Shown here piece by piece: positions 1 through 11,252 of a stretch of DNA of 64,000 nt. Position numbers and translations under genes: made by a program. Position 1 is the stretch's first letter; the number at the start of each line of letters is the position of its first letter. Source of the stretch: Shigella phage Sf20; the sequence record MF327006. One strand, written 5' to 3'. A model generated the notes under the pieces. It was not told where the DNA came from, did not search any database, and saw nothing but the letters and a program-made list of their open reading frames with translations.

Positions 1-822
1 TTATGCATCCTTCCAAACTTTCCTTGCGTCGTATTTCTTGCCTTTTGACATAAACTGATATGTCGGCATATAGATAATATTGCTCCAGTCTTTCGGGCTA
101 ATCTCAACAAGTTTTGTTTTAATGTGTCCCGGTAGATATGCTTTGATCATGTGGTCACTACCACGCATACCTTTTACATCGCTCCATTTGATTTTTAAGC
201 GTGTTTTATTACTCAAGGTAGGAGTAGATGCATATTGCTTTAAAAGTGCCTCTAAAAACTGCTGACGGGCTTTAGGCGTTACATAGTGTAAGTTAAGACC
301 CAGCATTACAGTATTACCCGCCTTTGTCTTAGAATCACCCAGACAAATGATCAGCGGGAAAACATCCCAATATGGCAAAGTGTCTTTATACTTCGCATCA
401 TACATAAAGGTATAGATTCGACCTACTTGCGGTTTTACAATCTGGTGTCCCTTTATTCCCGCTTTTATTGTTTTAGTAAACCACTCCTGTGATTTTTCTT
501 TAGGACGACTCTTTGATACAGCACGCATAGACGCACGAAAATCATTAATCATCATCATTGCGCGTTGCTGCTTATTGAGACCCTTTGCACCTTTCCCTTT
601 TAGTTTTTCAACTTCTATTGCTGTTTTAATTTCGCTTGCATAACGAGACATACTTTTAGTGAAAGTCGCATAGGCTATTCCCTTAGAATCTGCAAATGCT
701 TTAGCTGTCATTCCTTTGGCTTTTGCTTTCGCAAATTCTACACCCAATTCGACCCACTGTTTAGACTTTCTTTTTTGGGGAGACGGCTTTTCGTCTTCTG
801 TGATTATTTCAAATACGCTCAT
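1..822 (-). CDS. 2: DNA end protector protein (T4 gp2-like), 273 aa
   Basis: Complete ORF ending with TAA at window position 1-3; RBS AGAGGA upstream of ATG at 822; size and position next to gene 4/53 match T4 gp2. Confidence 0.65.
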   Translation of the reverse strand: MSVFEIITEDEKPSPQKRKSKQWVELGVEFAKAKAKGMTAKAFADSKGIAYATFTKSMSRYASEIKTAIEVEKLKGKGAKGLNKQQRAMMMINDFRASMRAVSKSRPKEKSQEWFTKTIKAGIKGHQIVKPQVGRIYTFMYDAKYKDTLPYWDVFPLIICLGDSKTKAGNTVMLGLNLHYVTPKARQQFLEALLKQYASTPTLSNKTRLKIKWSDVKGMRGSDHMIKAYLPGHIKTKLVEISPKDWSNIIYMPTYQFMSKGKKYDARKVWKDA

Positions 823-833
823 AATATTATCCT

Positions 834-1307
834 CTATTTGTTAAGCCCTTTAAAGCCAAACACTTTCTTTAATGCATGTTCGGTGATGATCTTAAACTCC
901 ATGTTATGCTTTTGGCATAATTTCACGGCAGCTAACCATTTTTCAGTATTTTTTGTGTATGTCCATACTTCATGCATATATCGTTGCTTTGTCTTCGCGG
1001 TCATTCTTTTTGGCTTTTCCGGTGGCCTTGTCTCTTTAGCTGGTTTAACTTCCCATAAATGCTCCTTGCCATCATCAAACTTAACGTAAAAATCCATAAA
1101 GTATCTGTGTCTTTTTCCGTCGGTTGATGACTCATAAGGAATTACTACGGTCTCAGATCCCCATTTTGCAACTCTAGGATTGCGGTCTAGCCACTGCATG
1201 ATCCATCTTTCCCAGCTTGAACGGTATGTGATCTTACGTATATCCCCTTTATACTTTTCCTTATTCTCCGGAACATACTTTCCCTTATAAGTGTTAGATC
1301 CTCCCAT
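834..1307 (-). CDS. 4: head completion protein (T4 gp4-like), 157 aa
   Basis: ORF divergent from gene 53, size and synteny as T4 gene 4. Confidence 0.65.
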   Translation of the reverse strand: MGGSNTYKGKYVPENKEKYKGDIRKITYRSSWERWIMQWLDRNPRVAKWGSETVVIPYESSTDGKRHRYFMDFYVKFDDGKEHLWEVKPAKETRPPEKPKRMTAKTKQRYMHEVWTYTKNTEKWLAAVKLCQKHNMEFKIITEHALKKVFGFKGLNK

Positions 1308-1322
1308 TTTAGCACCCTTTAT

Positions 1323-1330
1323 TATAAATA
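1323..1330 (+). promoter_or_regulatory. T4-type late promoter core TATAAATA upstream of gene 53
   Basis: Exact TATAAATA 33 nt upstream of ATG 1363. Confidence 0.6.
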
Positions 1331-1362
1331 CATAATACTATTTATCAATTGAGGGTGCTAAA

Positions 1363-1917
1363 ATGCTCTTTTCTTTCTTCCCTGCCATTGAATACAACGG
1401 CAAGATGATTACTGACATTGTGCGCAATTACCGCGCATATTTCAACGCAATAATTTCTGATTATAACATACAAACATATTACATTCAAGGTAGTCCACGA
1501 CCGGAACAAGTTGCATATGAAGTATACGGAAACCAACAACTTTATTGGATCTTGCTGATGCTTAATGACGTATACGATCCGTTCCATGACTGGATCACCG
1601 ATCAAGAGACAGCATATGAATCAGCCGAACAACGATATGCAAACGTAGGAGGAAATCAAGTATTATACCACGTTGATATTGACGGAAACAAGTATTGGAA
1701 TCTTACCGAATATCCGAAAGGATCAAGCAATTGGTATGATAAAGGGGATATTCATCATCGTCATTTGCAGTTTCAAGGTGCATTATCGGCAGTAGACACA
1801 CTGGAAGATGCGATCCTCCGTAATGAGGAACGACGCAAGATCAAGATCATAGATCCTACACAAATTAAACAATTTATTAACGCATTCATTCGAGAAATGG
1901 AAAAGGCTGATGTGTAA
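1363..1917 (+). CDS. 53: baseplate wedge subunit gp53, 184 aa
   Basis: Size, synteny (immediately upstream of gene 5), RBS GAGGGTG. Confidence 0.75.
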   Translation: MLFSFFPAIEYNGKMITDIVRNYRAYFNAIISDYNIQTYYIQGSPRPEQVAYEVYGNQQLYWILLMLNDVYDPFHDWITDQETAYESAEQRYANVGGNQVLYHVDIDGNKYWNLTEYPKGSSNWYDKGDIHHRHLQFQGALSAVDTLEDAILRNEERRKIKIIDPTQIKQFINAFIREMEKADV

Positions 1918-1928
1918 GGTGATTAATT

Positions 1929-3728
1929 ATGCTAATGTTTAATAACTCCGTTAAATGGTTTACCGGAATTGTAGAAAACCGGGAAGACCCATTAATGCTG
2001 GGGCGTGTTCAGGTTAGGATTCATGGTATACATCCCTCGCTATCCGCACACGGTGACATTCAAGGTCTTCCAACCGAAGATCTATTATGGATTACGCCAG
2101 TACAAGATATTACAAGCGCGGCGATCTCCGGTATAGGTCAAAGCCCTACTGGTATTGTTGAAGGTTCAATGGTATTTGGTTTGGCTTTAGATGAACGTTA
2201 TTTAAACTGCGTTATTCTTGGTACTATTGCCGGACAATATACAGAGAAACCACTCACTACAGAGGGTTTTTGCGACCCTTCTGGTGCATATCCTCGTTAT
2301 ATTGGTAATGATGTTAATATTCTTGCTCGTGGCGGTATTAACCCGGAAACCGGACAAACAACAAAACCTGATAGTGTCTATATTCGAGATGAAAACACTG
2401 GAGTTGCAGTAAATCCAGACGACGAGCCATTAGACCAAATTCCGGTTGATGATAATCCTGATTTTACAATAGAAAAAATGCTGCGGGGCGATGAGGGATA
2501 TCGCGAGAAATGGTATCTTGATTCAGAAGGATATCCGACAATAGGCATCGGGCATTTGATCATTTATAAGAAAACCAGTGATCTTGGTATTATCAATAAT
2601 GAACTTTCTAAGCTGGTAGGGCGTGAAGTTACAAACGGAAGACTTACCGCCGAAGAAGTTAGTAAAGTATTTGCCGACGATATAGAAAAGACTCGTCGTG
2701 ATATGCGCAAACATCCACGAATTGCACCTGTCTATAATAAATGTAATGCCTCTCGTCGTATGGCATTAGAAAATATGGCGTTTCAAATGGGTGTTGGTGG
2801 ATTGGGTAAATTTAAGAATAGTCTTGCTGCGATGTTAGCGGAAGAATGGAAACAAGCCTATGATGGATTACGTCAATCGGTATGGGCTAACCAAACTCCA
2901 GGACGCTCCAGTCGTGTTTCTAAAATTATTTTAACTGGTAACTTAGAATCATATGGCGTAATTGCTCCAAAGAAAGAGGAATCAATTTCTGATGATCCGC
3001 GAGCACGTTTAAGAAATGCCCGTATTGCTGCCTATAAGACGCAGAGAGCAGAAGAAGACCCAGAAGCACCGTTTACCCCACAAGACACACGAATCATGTT
3101 TAAAGAGCCTAAGAGTTCGTATTCTGCGAGGTATCCTTATAACCATGTATACGAGTCAGAGAGCGGTCATATTATCGAGATTGATGATACTCCTTCTCAT
3201 GAGCGATATCATCGTAAACATCCTTCTGGTACATTTGAAGAAACCAGACCGGACGGAACGAGGGTAGAAAAGATTGAAGGCGATGATTATCTGATCGTTA
3301 AACAAGGCCGGAAAGTAAACGTCAAGGGTAATTTGCAAGTTGTTGTTGAAGGTGACGCGCAAGTTTATTATATGGGTAATGTGATGCAAACCGTTGATGG
3401 TAACGTCACTGAATTTATTCGTGGCAATGTTAATCAGACCGTTGAAGGTACTGCTAACATGCATGTTGTAGGTGATGTTACCGCTCAGCTTGACGCTAAT
3501 TTAACGGCTAATGTCAAGGGTAATGCTGAATTAATGATCGAGGGTAACACTACCGAAACAATTAAAGGTAACTATGATTTAACCGTTGAGGGTAATTTTA
3601 ATATGACCGTCAATGGCACTAAATCAGACCAGGTTAATGGTGACTGGTCCCGTAATTGTGGTGCAAGCGTTAAAGATATTGCATCTGGTACAGTTAAAAT
3701 TGATGGTAGCCGTATTGATCTTGGGTGA
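1929..3728 (+). CDS. 5: baseplate central spike / tail lysozyme gp5, 599 aa
   Basis: Lysozyme-like segment YLDSEGYPTIGIGHL and C-terminal VxGxxx beta-helix repeats (GNVNQTVEGTANMHVVGDV...). Confidence 0.9.
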   Translation: MLMFNNSVKWFTGIVENREDPLMLGRVQVRIHGIHPSLSAHGDIQGLPTEDLLWITPVQDITSAAISGIGQSPTGIVEGSMVFGLALDERYLNCVILGTIAGQYTEKPLTTEGFCDPSGAYPRYIGNDVNILARGGINPETGQTTKPDSVYIRDENTGVAVNPDDEPLDQIPVDDNPDFTIEKMLRGDEGYREKWYLDSEGYPTIGIGHLIIYKKTSDLGIINNELSKLVGREVTNGRLTAEEVSKVFADDIEKTRRDMRKHPRIAPVYNKCNASRRMALENMAFQMGVGGLGKFKNSLAAMLAEEWKQAYDGLRQSVWANQTPGRSSRVSKIILTGNLESYGVIAPKKEESISDDPRARLRNARIAAYKTQRAEEDPEAPFTPQDTRIMFKEPKSSYSARYPYNHVYESESGHIIEIDDTPSHERYHRKHPSGTFEETRPDGTRVEKIEGDDYLIVKQGRKVNVKGNLQVVVEGDAQVYYMGNVMQTVDGNVTEFIRGNVNQTVEGTANMHVVGDVTAQLDANLTANVKGNAELMIEGNTTETIKGNYDLTVEGNFNMTVNGTKSDQVNGDWSRNCGASVKDIASGTVKIDGSRIDLG

Positions 3729-3736
3729 GGTAACTA

Positions 3737-4303
3737 ATGGTTGAAATTCTTCCGATGAGTTCAAAATTGGAGGATATCAGCGAGCGAGAAATCTTTGAGG
3801 TGGTGTTCTCTTATAAAGCAACGCCACCGGATGCAAATACCACATACACGATTAAAGAGTTTAAGATCAGCGAGTATCGCCCTAATAAGGGCGTTACCGT
3901 TGAAGAAACTAAAATATCTGGTGAGTATCGGGATAGTTTTTCGCTTGGCGCGGATTCTCTTAAATATATAACGAAAGATAGAATTAAAAAATCTGCCGGA
4001 AGTTTTGATGATTTACCAGATCCAACTACCGCAGATCTATATTATTTTAACGCTCCTACACGTCTACAGGAGGTTTATACTTATAAAGTCACCCTAACCT
4101 ATATCCAATCTGTTTCAGAGTCTTCTGGTGGTTCTGGTGAAGGAAATAGTGGTGGTTCCAATAGCCGAGAGGGTGCTGGTGAAACTAATCCGCCTCCGGT
4201 AGTAACCGAACACACAATAGAGAAAGTTTATACTCAAACCGTTTTTGGAAATTGGGATGTGTGGGCGCAGCAACTAAGAGATTATGTACATAGGGGTGTT
4301 TAA
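3737..4303 (+). CDS. conserved hypothetical protein in gp5.1 position, 188 aa
   Basis: ORF with RBS GAGG between gene 5 and the PAAR gene; Gly/Ser-rich segment. Confidence 0.5.
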   Translation: MVEILPMSSKLEDISEREIFEVVFSYKATPPDANTTYTIKEFKISEYRPNKGVTVEETKISGEYRDSFSLGADSLKYITKDRIKKSAGSFDDLPDPTTADLYYFNAPTRLQEVYTYKVTLTYIQSVSESSGGSGEGNSGGSNSREGAGETNPPPVVTEHTIEKVYTQTVFGNWDVWAQQLRDYVHRGV

Positions 4304-4596
4304 TGGCTGGATTATCCTACGATAAAGCTAAAACTACAGGGCACGGAAACTACCCACCTACGGTAATTAATGCAACTCAATCTAAGGTATTTGTTGAGGG
4401 TATCCCTGTATTAGTCGAAGGAGACCCAATTACACCACACACAAAAACAACAAAGCCTTATGATACACACGGGGGAACTACGGTCGCCAGTACCCCGAAA
4501 GTATTTGTTACCGGAAAGAAAGCAATTCAAATGGCAGATCGTATTAGCTGTGGCGATACCGTCGCTATGGCATCACCGAAGGTATTCATAAAATGA
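4303..4596 (+). CDS. 5.4: PAAR-repeat spike tip protein (gp5.4-like), 97 aa
   Basis: 97-aa ORF directly after gene 5 module; size and position as T4 gp5.4. Confidence 0.7.
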   Translation: MAGLSYDKAKTTGHGNYPPTVINATQSKVFVEGIPVLVEGDPITPHTKTTKPYDTHGGTTVASTPKVFVTGKKAIQMADRISCGDTVAMASPKVFIK

Positions 4597-6497
4597 CAAA
4601 GCAAAAGATTACACAAATTCCTGATATTTTTAATGCTGCTACATTCGATGAAATTAAAAGCGCATTAACAGACTGGATGAGAAACCAGGAAGAATTTAAA
4701 GATTTTGATTTTAATGGTGCTGGTATTAACGTATTGATGGACTTGCTCGCATATAACACTCTGTATATTCAGCAATTCGCTAACTCCGCGCTATATGAAT
4801 CTTTTATCAGAACGGCAATTAAGCGTAGTTCAGTTGTTCAAGCCGCGCAAGATTTAGGATATTTGCCAGCAAGTAAAACTAGTGCATCGACTACAATTAT
4901 GTTGCACGTAACACATCCGCGAAATCCGGCAAGTATTCGAATCCCACGAGGAACTAAATTTATTGCAAGTGTGGATCGCCAGACGTCTTATCCGTTTGTG
5001 ACTACAGAAGACGTTGTGAGCGTTTTAGGTTCAAATGGTTTATATACGCCTATGCTTAAAGTCGCACAAGGTCGTATTGTTCGTACAGAAATGTTATTTG
5101 ATCCGAAGAAACAAATTCTGATCCGCGATCCTGATATTGACCGCGCTCAGGTTAAGTTGTGGGTAGACGGTGCTGAATGGAAAGACTGGACACGAGAAAG
5201 CATTGTTAATGCAACTGGTGCAAGCAATATTTTCTATATGCGTGAAACCGTAGACGGACATACTGAAATTTTCTTTGGTGAGGGTGAATCAACTTTATCT
5301 GCTGCTGGCGGTGCACTGGAAGCAAATTATATCGGTGGACTTAAGCCGTCAACTGGTGCTAATATTGTTATCGAATATATCAGCACTAAGGGCGCGGAAG
5401 CAAACGGTTCAGTTAATTTCACATACGCGGATACCCTTGCATCTATCTCTATTGTTAAAATTATTGAGAATCCGACAAATGATCGTGATTATGTCGGTGC
5501 AGATGGTGGTGGTGATCCTGAATCAATCGAACGTATCCGTGAACTTGCTCCGGTAATGCGTGAATCTCAGCGTCGTTGTGTTACTGCTTCTGACTATGAG
5601 GCTTTTGTGTCTAGCCGTTTTGGTAGTATTGTTCAGGCGGTACAATGTTTCACTGACCGAGAAAAACCGGGTTATGCTTTTGTTGCGGTTAAGCCTAAAT
5701 CTGGCTTGCGCTTGACAACTGTTCAAAAAGAAGATATGCGGGATTATCTGGCAAAATATAATCTTGCCCCTATCACGCCGAGCATCATTGACCCTAACTA
5801 TCTGTATATTAAACAGAATATTAAAGTTTCCTATTCAATCAATGACTTGTCAGAATCAGAGCAGTGGTTGCGCGGTGCGGTTATTGATCAGATTGATGCA
5901 TATTATACCGACGAAGTGGAAATTTTTAACCAGACCTTTAGTAAGTCTAAAATGCTTGCGCGTATTGACAAAGCTGATGTGTCTGTGATAGGTTCTAGTG
6001 CAGAAATCGAGATGGTGCGAGAGATCGACAACTTCTATAAAGCACCGATGGCTGGAATCAAGTTTTTAAACCAGTATAAGAGCGGAATCAAGTCTAGTTC
6101 ATTCAACTTCGAAAAGGACGACAAGCAATATCCAATCCATTATGTAAGTACAGAAATGAACAAAGAATCCGGTTTAGCTAAATTGCTGGTTGGACCTTTC
6201 CCTGTTGATTCTACAATCGCTTTACCGCACTATTCCGGCACTGATTTTGATAAAGAGGTTATCGACGGTGCGGACCTATACTTTGAGGTTGGAGAGGTTC
6301 AGCATTATGACGACCTTATTTCATGGGATCTGGGTAAACTGAATATCAATAGCGATCGCTTTACTGGTTCATATATTGAGTTGACAGCTAAACCGATTGC
6401 TGATAACATCTTTACTAAAGACGGTTCTTTGATCGTGTTTGAAAACGATCTCCGTCCTCAGTACACAACTATTAGTCTGGAGGCAATTGCTCAATGA
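4593..6497 (+). CDS. 6: baseplate wedge subunit gp6, 634 aa
   Basis: Size and synteny; start overlaps upstream stop (ATGA). Confidence 0.85.
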   Translation: MTKQKITQIPDIFNAATFDEIKSALTDWMRNQEEFKDFDFNGAGINVLMDLLAYNTLYIQQFANSALYESFIRTAIKRSSVVQAAQDLGYLPASKTSASTTIMLHVTHPRNPASIRIPRGTKFIASVDRQTSYPFVTTEDVVSVLGSNGLYTPMLKVAQGRIVRTEMLFDPKKQILIRDPDIDRAQVKLWVDGAEWKDWTRESIVNATGASNIFYMRETVDGHTEIFFGEGESTLSAAGGALEANYIGGLKPSTGANIVIEYISTKGAEANGSVNFTYADTLASISIVKIIENPTNDRDYVGADGGGDPESIERIRELAPVMRESQRRCVTASDYEAFVSSRFGSIVQAVQCFTDREKPGYAFVAVKPKSGLRLTTVQKEDMRDYLAKYNLAPITPSIIDPNYLYIKQNIKVSYSINDLSESEQWLRGAVIDQIDAYYTDEVEIFNQTFSKSKMLARIDKADVSVIGSSAEIEMVREIDNFYKAPMAGIKFLNQYKSGIKSSSFNFEKDDKQYPIHYVSTEMNKESGLAKLLVGPFPVDSTIALPHYSGTDFDKEVIDGADLYFEVGEVQHYDDLISWDLGKLNINSDRFTGSYIELTAKPIADNIFTKDGSLIVFENDLRPQYTTISLEAIAQ

Positions 6498-9400
6498 TTA
6501 AAGCGCCTAGTGTAACTAGCTTGACAATAGAAAAATTGTCTGCTAATCAGGCGTATATCACATGGGATGACGTAGGCGAAAACTTCTTTTATTTTGTGGA
6601 GTTAGCCGAAACCAGAACACGAGACGGGGAGATCATCCCCGTCGATGAGTTAAGCTGGGTAAACCTGGGATATACTGCCGAACAAAACTGGTTTGAGGAT
6701 AAAAACCTTTTTCCAGAATATTATTACAAGTTTCGTGTAGCAGTAGCCGCAGAAGGATTTGAACAAAGTAAATGGGTTGAGACAGAAGAGTTTCAGACAT
6801 TTAAAACAAACGCATATAATTTTTCTATGATGCGAGAGTTCAACCTTGCAAACGAGTTTATAAAGGAAAAATTTACATACGATAATCGAGAGTATGTCAA
6901 GTTTAATACCGACCTTATTCAAGCATCATTGATGAAGGAAGATTTTGTCTTTAGTCCTGAATATGCAAACATGACAAATATCTCAAACTACATTGTAGTT
7001 GATGAGAACTTTCATGAAATACAGGACCACATAGAAAAAGTTTGTACTGATATAAACCGCACTATGTTAGCGGAAATGAACGGTGTTTTGTACCTTTTCG
7101 AACGGTTCCAGCCGATCGTGAAAGTGTCAAATGATAAAGGTCAATCATGGAAAGCATACAAGGCTTTTAATGATCGTGTAGGCAATCCGGTTTCCCGCAC
7201 ATGCGTTTATCAGTCTAAAACCACTACTTACGTTTTAGGATATGACCGAATCTTTTACGGACGACAAGCTAGCGATACTCGATGGAGCGCGGACGATGTT
7301 CGATTTAGTGATGATACGATCACTTTTGCAAAGGTTGGTGACGAGAACGATTTAGGCTTTGACGTTGAGGTCTTTGGTGTATTTTCCAGATTAACAGGTG
7401 ATACCACAAAATATGCCGAAGCTATGGCGTGCAGTGATGACTATTTGTGGGTTGGTGCTAAAGATGTTATTCGCCGGATTCGTCTTAAGAATACTCCTGT
7501 TGATACCGTACAGGGTTCGCCTACGTTTGGAGAAAAAATATTCGATCCTGATGTTATCCGAGTAACAGGAAATGATAAAGCTGTCATTCAGAAAATGGAT
7601 GTGATCGACGGTAAATTACTTGTATTTGTTACGGGTGAAGTTAAACAGCGTTATCAAGATCCAACTAAACCAGAAAACGTTGTTCCGTCAGATGATGCGG
7701 GTGTATACTTAATAGGGAGTGATGGTCTGTCTTTTCAGAGAGTATTTGGCAACACTCCGCAGGAAAGGGAATATATTCAGCATGGGTTCAGTAATATGTC
7801 AACCAATGGTGATGAGGTGTTCATAAGCCATTATAATCATCACTTCGAAAGCATTTTACCTGATCCAGAAACTGCCGCGAAATATGAATTGGGCGAAGCT
7901 GTAAAATATTCTCAGGAGCCAACTTATCTAACTGATAAGAAAATACATCAAACTACTTTCAGAGCAAGTTATGATGATTTGCGTATTTGGGAGTTAGGAC
8001 CGCAAGCGTATTATAATGAGGCCGATTATACATGGATGCGTCGAAACGGTGTCCGTGTGTGGATCACAAATGATAATCGCCCGTTGGTTGTTTATCCAGA
8101 GGTTATCTATACTCAAGAAGTTGATACATCTGGCATTCTTGACCAAAATAGGATCAACCGAGAAGTTTATGATAAAGGGACCGTGACCTGTTATCTTAAC
8201 AATGTTAAATTTGAAGGATTCAAACAATATGCATCCGGTGTAATGTTCCATAAAAACACAGGAGAGATCATAGGATTCTATCAATTTAATTATCGTGTTC
8301 GTGATCAGGTTGGTGTATATTGGAAACCTACAAATGTAGCATTTGTTGCTGAATTGCAAAATCAGGTTCGAGAGGTTCCCTGGGTTCCGGTTCACTACGA
8401 TCGAGAGCAAGATCCAGATTTGCGGCCTTTACTGAATAAGATGACCCCTGATAGCTTTTTACTTGAGAACGAAAATTTCAGAAAATTCTCTGAATATTAT
8501 CTGCAATTCTTAAGCGATGGTTCAGGAACATATTATAATAAACTAAAAAATCTGATTAAAAACAAATATCCACGCGAGAAAGATGCATATGAGTATCTTT
8601 GGTCAGAGATGAACAAACGAAACATCTATGCAGATAAAAACAAGCGAGATGCGGTAGTAAGATTCTTTGAATCCCGCAAATCAGATTTTTATTCCACTAA
8701 GGGCGTGGAGGCTTCTTATAAGTTCTTGTTTAAGTTACTTTATAATGAAGATGTGGAAATTGAGGTTGAATCACAAGCCGGACTAGAGTATGATATTGTT
8801 GTTAGTTCAACGAACATTGACGAGGATATCGTAGGTCGCACGATTTATACTCCAACCGGACGGGCTAACGTGACGTATCTTGAAAGGGAATATGAAGGTG
8901 GTCGCCTACGCTGGCGAGTAACCATTCATAACCTGATCGGGCGGTTCGAAGAAGGACAAGTGATCAAATCAGAGAAAACAGCGTTTGAAGGGATGATCCT
9001 TGTTGGTGTACGTGGTAAAGAGTTGTTGAGTAGTTCAATCGACTATATCAACCGCTCACGAAGCCAATACACCATGAAGATTAAAAGTGCATTGCCAGTT
9101 TCGCGCTATGCAAATGATGTAATGCGATTCGTTCATCCTGTCGGCTTTGGGTTTATCGGTGTTACCCTGCTTACGATGTTCATTAACAGCGGGTTGAGCA
9201 TGAAGCACACCGAGACGATAATTCAATCTCTGAAAAATTATAAGTTTGACAGCGGATTGCCTAGCGTGTATCCTGATCGGGTGGCAGACCTTGACGTTGA
9301 CGGAAACATTAAGAAAGACCCGCTTACCGGAAAAGCATTATATTTGACTTCACCTTTAATCGGTGATGAATTTCCGGTTCCTCCTGAATATGATCAGGAG

Positions 9401-9580
9401 AACAGCGAATTGTTCCACGGACTTAAAGCAAGCGAACGAAGATTTGCAATGAGTCCACTGTTTGACCAGTCGGCGGTAACATTCTCTATGTTCCGTGAGC
9501 TTGTGGATAAACGGTTGAAGGATAATATAGGGAATCCACGCGATCCGAAGAATCCGACACAGAGGAAAATTAATGGCTAA
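6494..9580 (+). CDS. 7: baseplate wedge subunit gp7, 1028 aa
   Basis: Size (T4 gp7 is about 1030 aa) and synteny. Confidence 0.85.
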   Translation: MIKAPSVTSLTIEKLSANQAYITWDDVGENFFYFVELAETRTRDGEIIPVDELSWVNLGYTAEQNWFEDKNLFPEYYYKFRVAVAAEGFEQSKWVETEEFQTFKTNAYNFSMMREFNLANEFIKEKFTYDNREYVKFNTDLIQASLMKEDFVFSPEYANMTNISNYIVVDENFHEIQDHIEKVCTDINRTMLAEMNGVLYLFERFQPIVKVSNDKGQSWKAYKAFNDRVGNPVSRTCVYQSKTTTYVLGYDRIFYGRQASDTRWSADDVRFSDDTITFAKVGDENDLGFDVEVFGVFSRLTGDTTKYAEAMACSDDYLWVGAKDVIRRIRLKNTPVDTVQGSPTFGEKIFDPDVIRVTGNDKAVIQKMDVIDGKLLVFVTGEVKQRYQDPTKPENVVPSDDAGVYLIGSDGLSFQRVFGNTPQEREYIQHGFSNMSTNGDEVFISHYNHHFESILPDPETAAKYELGEAVKYSQEPTYLTDKKIHQTTFRASYDDLRIWELGPQAYYNEADYTWMRRNGVRVWITNDNRPLVVYPEVIYTQEVDTSGILDQNRINREVYDKGTVTCYLNNVKFEGFKQYASGVMFHKNTGEIIGFYQFNYRVRDQVGVYWKPTNVAFVAELQNQVREVPWVPVHYDREQDPDLRPLLNKMTPDSFLLENENFRKFSEYYLQFLSDGSGTYYNKLKNLIKNKYPREKDAYEYLWSEMNKRNIYADKNKRDAVVRFFESRKSDFYSTKGVEASYKFLFKLLYNEDVEIEVESQAGLEYDIVVSSTNIDEDIVGRTIYTPTGRANVTYLEREYEGGRLRWRVTIHNLIGRFEEGQVIKSEKTAFEGMILVGVRGKELLSSSIDYINRSRSQYTMKIKSALPVSRYANDVMRFVHPVGFGFIGVTLLTMFINSGLSMKHTETIIQSLKNYKFDSGLPSVYPDRVADLDVDGNIKKDPLTGKALYLTSPLIGDEFPVPPEYDQENSELFHGLKASERRFAMSPLFDQSAVTFSMFRELVDKRLKDNIGNPRDPKNPTQRKING

Positions 9581-10568
9581 TGAAAATAGTGTGATCTATC
9601 GCTCAATCATTACTAGTAAATTCAGAACGGAAAAACTTCTGAATTTCTATAATTCTGTAGGCGATGGGGCAAATCAAATTACAATTTATGGAACGTTTGG
9701 ACGTTCGGAGCCGTGGTCAGAAAACGAAAAAGAGGTGGGCTTTGCCCCACCTTATCCGACCGATTCAACGGCTGGTGTTGTTGACATGTGGACCCATATG
9801 ATGGGGGCGGTTAAGATTAACAAATCACTTCTTGATGCGGTTATCCCTCGTAAAGATTGGGGTGATACCGGACAGGATAACCCGCGCACATTCTTTATCA
9901 ATGACATTGTTGTTGTCAACTCAGCACCATATAACCGAACTGATGTTGGTAGCGGCTGGATGGTGTATCGCGTAACCGATGTTCCTGATCGCGGTTACTG
10001 CTCGATTTCAAGCATTGACGCTAAAGTAGAGTGTTTGAAGTTGGGCGGAAAGTGGACACCCACTCATGAATCAATTGCGCCACCTGTAGGAAAGGGCGAT
10101 TCTATTGATATGGGTGATGGGTATCGTTGGGAATATCTGTACACAATTCCACCTGATGCGGCGATCAACCGTTGCACCAATGAACATATTGTTGTACCGT
10201 TCCCCGATGAACTGCGACAAGATCCGGCGCGTTGGGGTTATGACAATGTGATCACCTGGTATAATGACTATAATCTGCTTTATCGGCTGAAAGTAGTAAC
10301 TTTGCGTTTTCAGGCTTATATGGACTCTGCGCAATTCCCAACTACCGCGTTAGTGGGTAATACTGGTTTCCGTCAGTTAAGCATTATCCTTAACCCATTG
10401 GAAAAGAAAGCACGCCCTAGCGATCCAGACGTTAAAGCGGTTGAAGATAAGTACCGACCGCAAGACTTAGAGCCACACTCAGGCGAAATGATCTACATGG
10501 AAAACCGACAACCTATCGTTCGGTCATTAGATCAAACAGAACTTGTTTCTGTATTGTTTGAGTTCTAA
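9573..10568 (+). CDS. 8: baseplate wedge subunit gp8, 331 aa
   Basis: Size and synteny. Confidence 0.8.
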   Translation: MANENSVIYRSIITSKFRTEKLLNFYNSVGDGANQITIYGTFGRSEPWSENEKEVGFAPPYPTDSTAGVVDMWTHMMGAVKINKSLLDAVIPRKDWGDTGQDNPRTFFINDIVVVNSAPYNRTDVGSGWMVYRVTDVPDRGYCSISSIDAKVECLKLGGKWTPTHESIAPPVGKGDSIDMGDGYRWEYLYTIPPDAAINRCTNEHIVVPFPDELRQDPARWGYDNVITWYNDYNLLYRLKVVTLRFQAYMDSAQFPTTALVGNTGFRQLSIILNPLEKKARPSDPDVKAVEDKYRPQDLEPHSGEMIYMENRQPIVRSLDQTELVSVLFEF

Positions 10569-10582
10569 GTGTATGATTTAAA

Positions 10583-10616
10583 AGCCAATTCGAGAGAGTT
10601 GGCTTTTTCTGTTTTT
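10583..10616 (+). terminator. rho-independent terminator after gene 8
   Basis: Hairpin AGCCAA-ttcgagagag-TTGGCT followed by TTTTTCTGTTTTT. Confidence 0.65.
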
Positions 10617-10620
10617 GGTG

Positions 10621-10648
10621 TTGACAATCTTGTCTGGTAAGGTATAAT
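10621..10648 (+). promoter_or_regulatory. sigma70-type promoter TTGACA-N16-TATAAT
   Basis: TTGACA at 10621, TATAAT at 10643, then GGAGG RBS and ATG 10678. Confidence 0.65.
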
Positions 10649-10677
10649 GCTCACATCTAAACAACGGAGGATAAATT

Positions 10678-10935
10678 ATGGCACGTCGTAAATTTACAGA
10701 TAATTGTGAAGCAATTCAGGTATCCCCTTGCGGTTGGGATGTGATCGCGAACGGTGAAAAGATCGGAGAGATCATCGATCATACTCATTCATCACTAGCC
10801 GATTACACCGATGAACTATGGGAGGGTATCAACTTCATGAATGACACTAAACGATTCAAGACTATCGACGAAGCTATCTATTTTGTGTATAATCCAACTT
10901 TCGGTATGTGGGGAACTAGAAAATGGCACGCGTAA
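10678..10935 (+). CDS. hypothetical protein, 85 aa (first gene of inserted cassette)
   Basis: ORF with RBS GGAGG; begins MAR like the next two genes. Confidence 0.5.
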   Translation: MARRKFTDNCEAIQVSPCGWDVIANGEKIGEIIDHTHSSLADYTDELWEGINFMNDTKRFKTIDEAIYFVYNPTFGMWGTRKWHA

Positions 10936-11252
10936 ACATTAAACTACACTACACAATGGGTAAACCAAAACATCCGATGCATAAAGTCTTTTGGGGATTG
11001 CGTCTTCAAGAAAAATTTTATGATAACTACTGGTTTTGTGACCATGATAAGAAGTGGCATTCTCAAGATGAAGTTAATGCGATGATGGAACAGGGTATAA
11101 AATTTAATTACTCTAATTATGACCATAGCATTACTTGTATTCGAAAATTGAAACGGTTTATTCGAAAGAATCCGCAATTTAAAAACTTTGTGTTCTTTAT
11201 GTCTCATGTTTATTTGGGGCATAGCGTTACAGTAACAGCAAAGGTTAAATAA
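10923..11252 (+). CDS. hypothetical protein, 109 aa
   Basis: ORF overlapping upstream stop by 13 nt; His/Trp-rich. Confidence 0.5.
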   Translation: MARVNIKLHYTMGKPKHPMHKVFWGLRLQEKFYDNYWFCDHDKKWHSQDEVNAMMEQGIKFNYSNYDHSITCIRKLKRFIRKNPQFKNFVFFMSHVYLGHSVTVTAKVK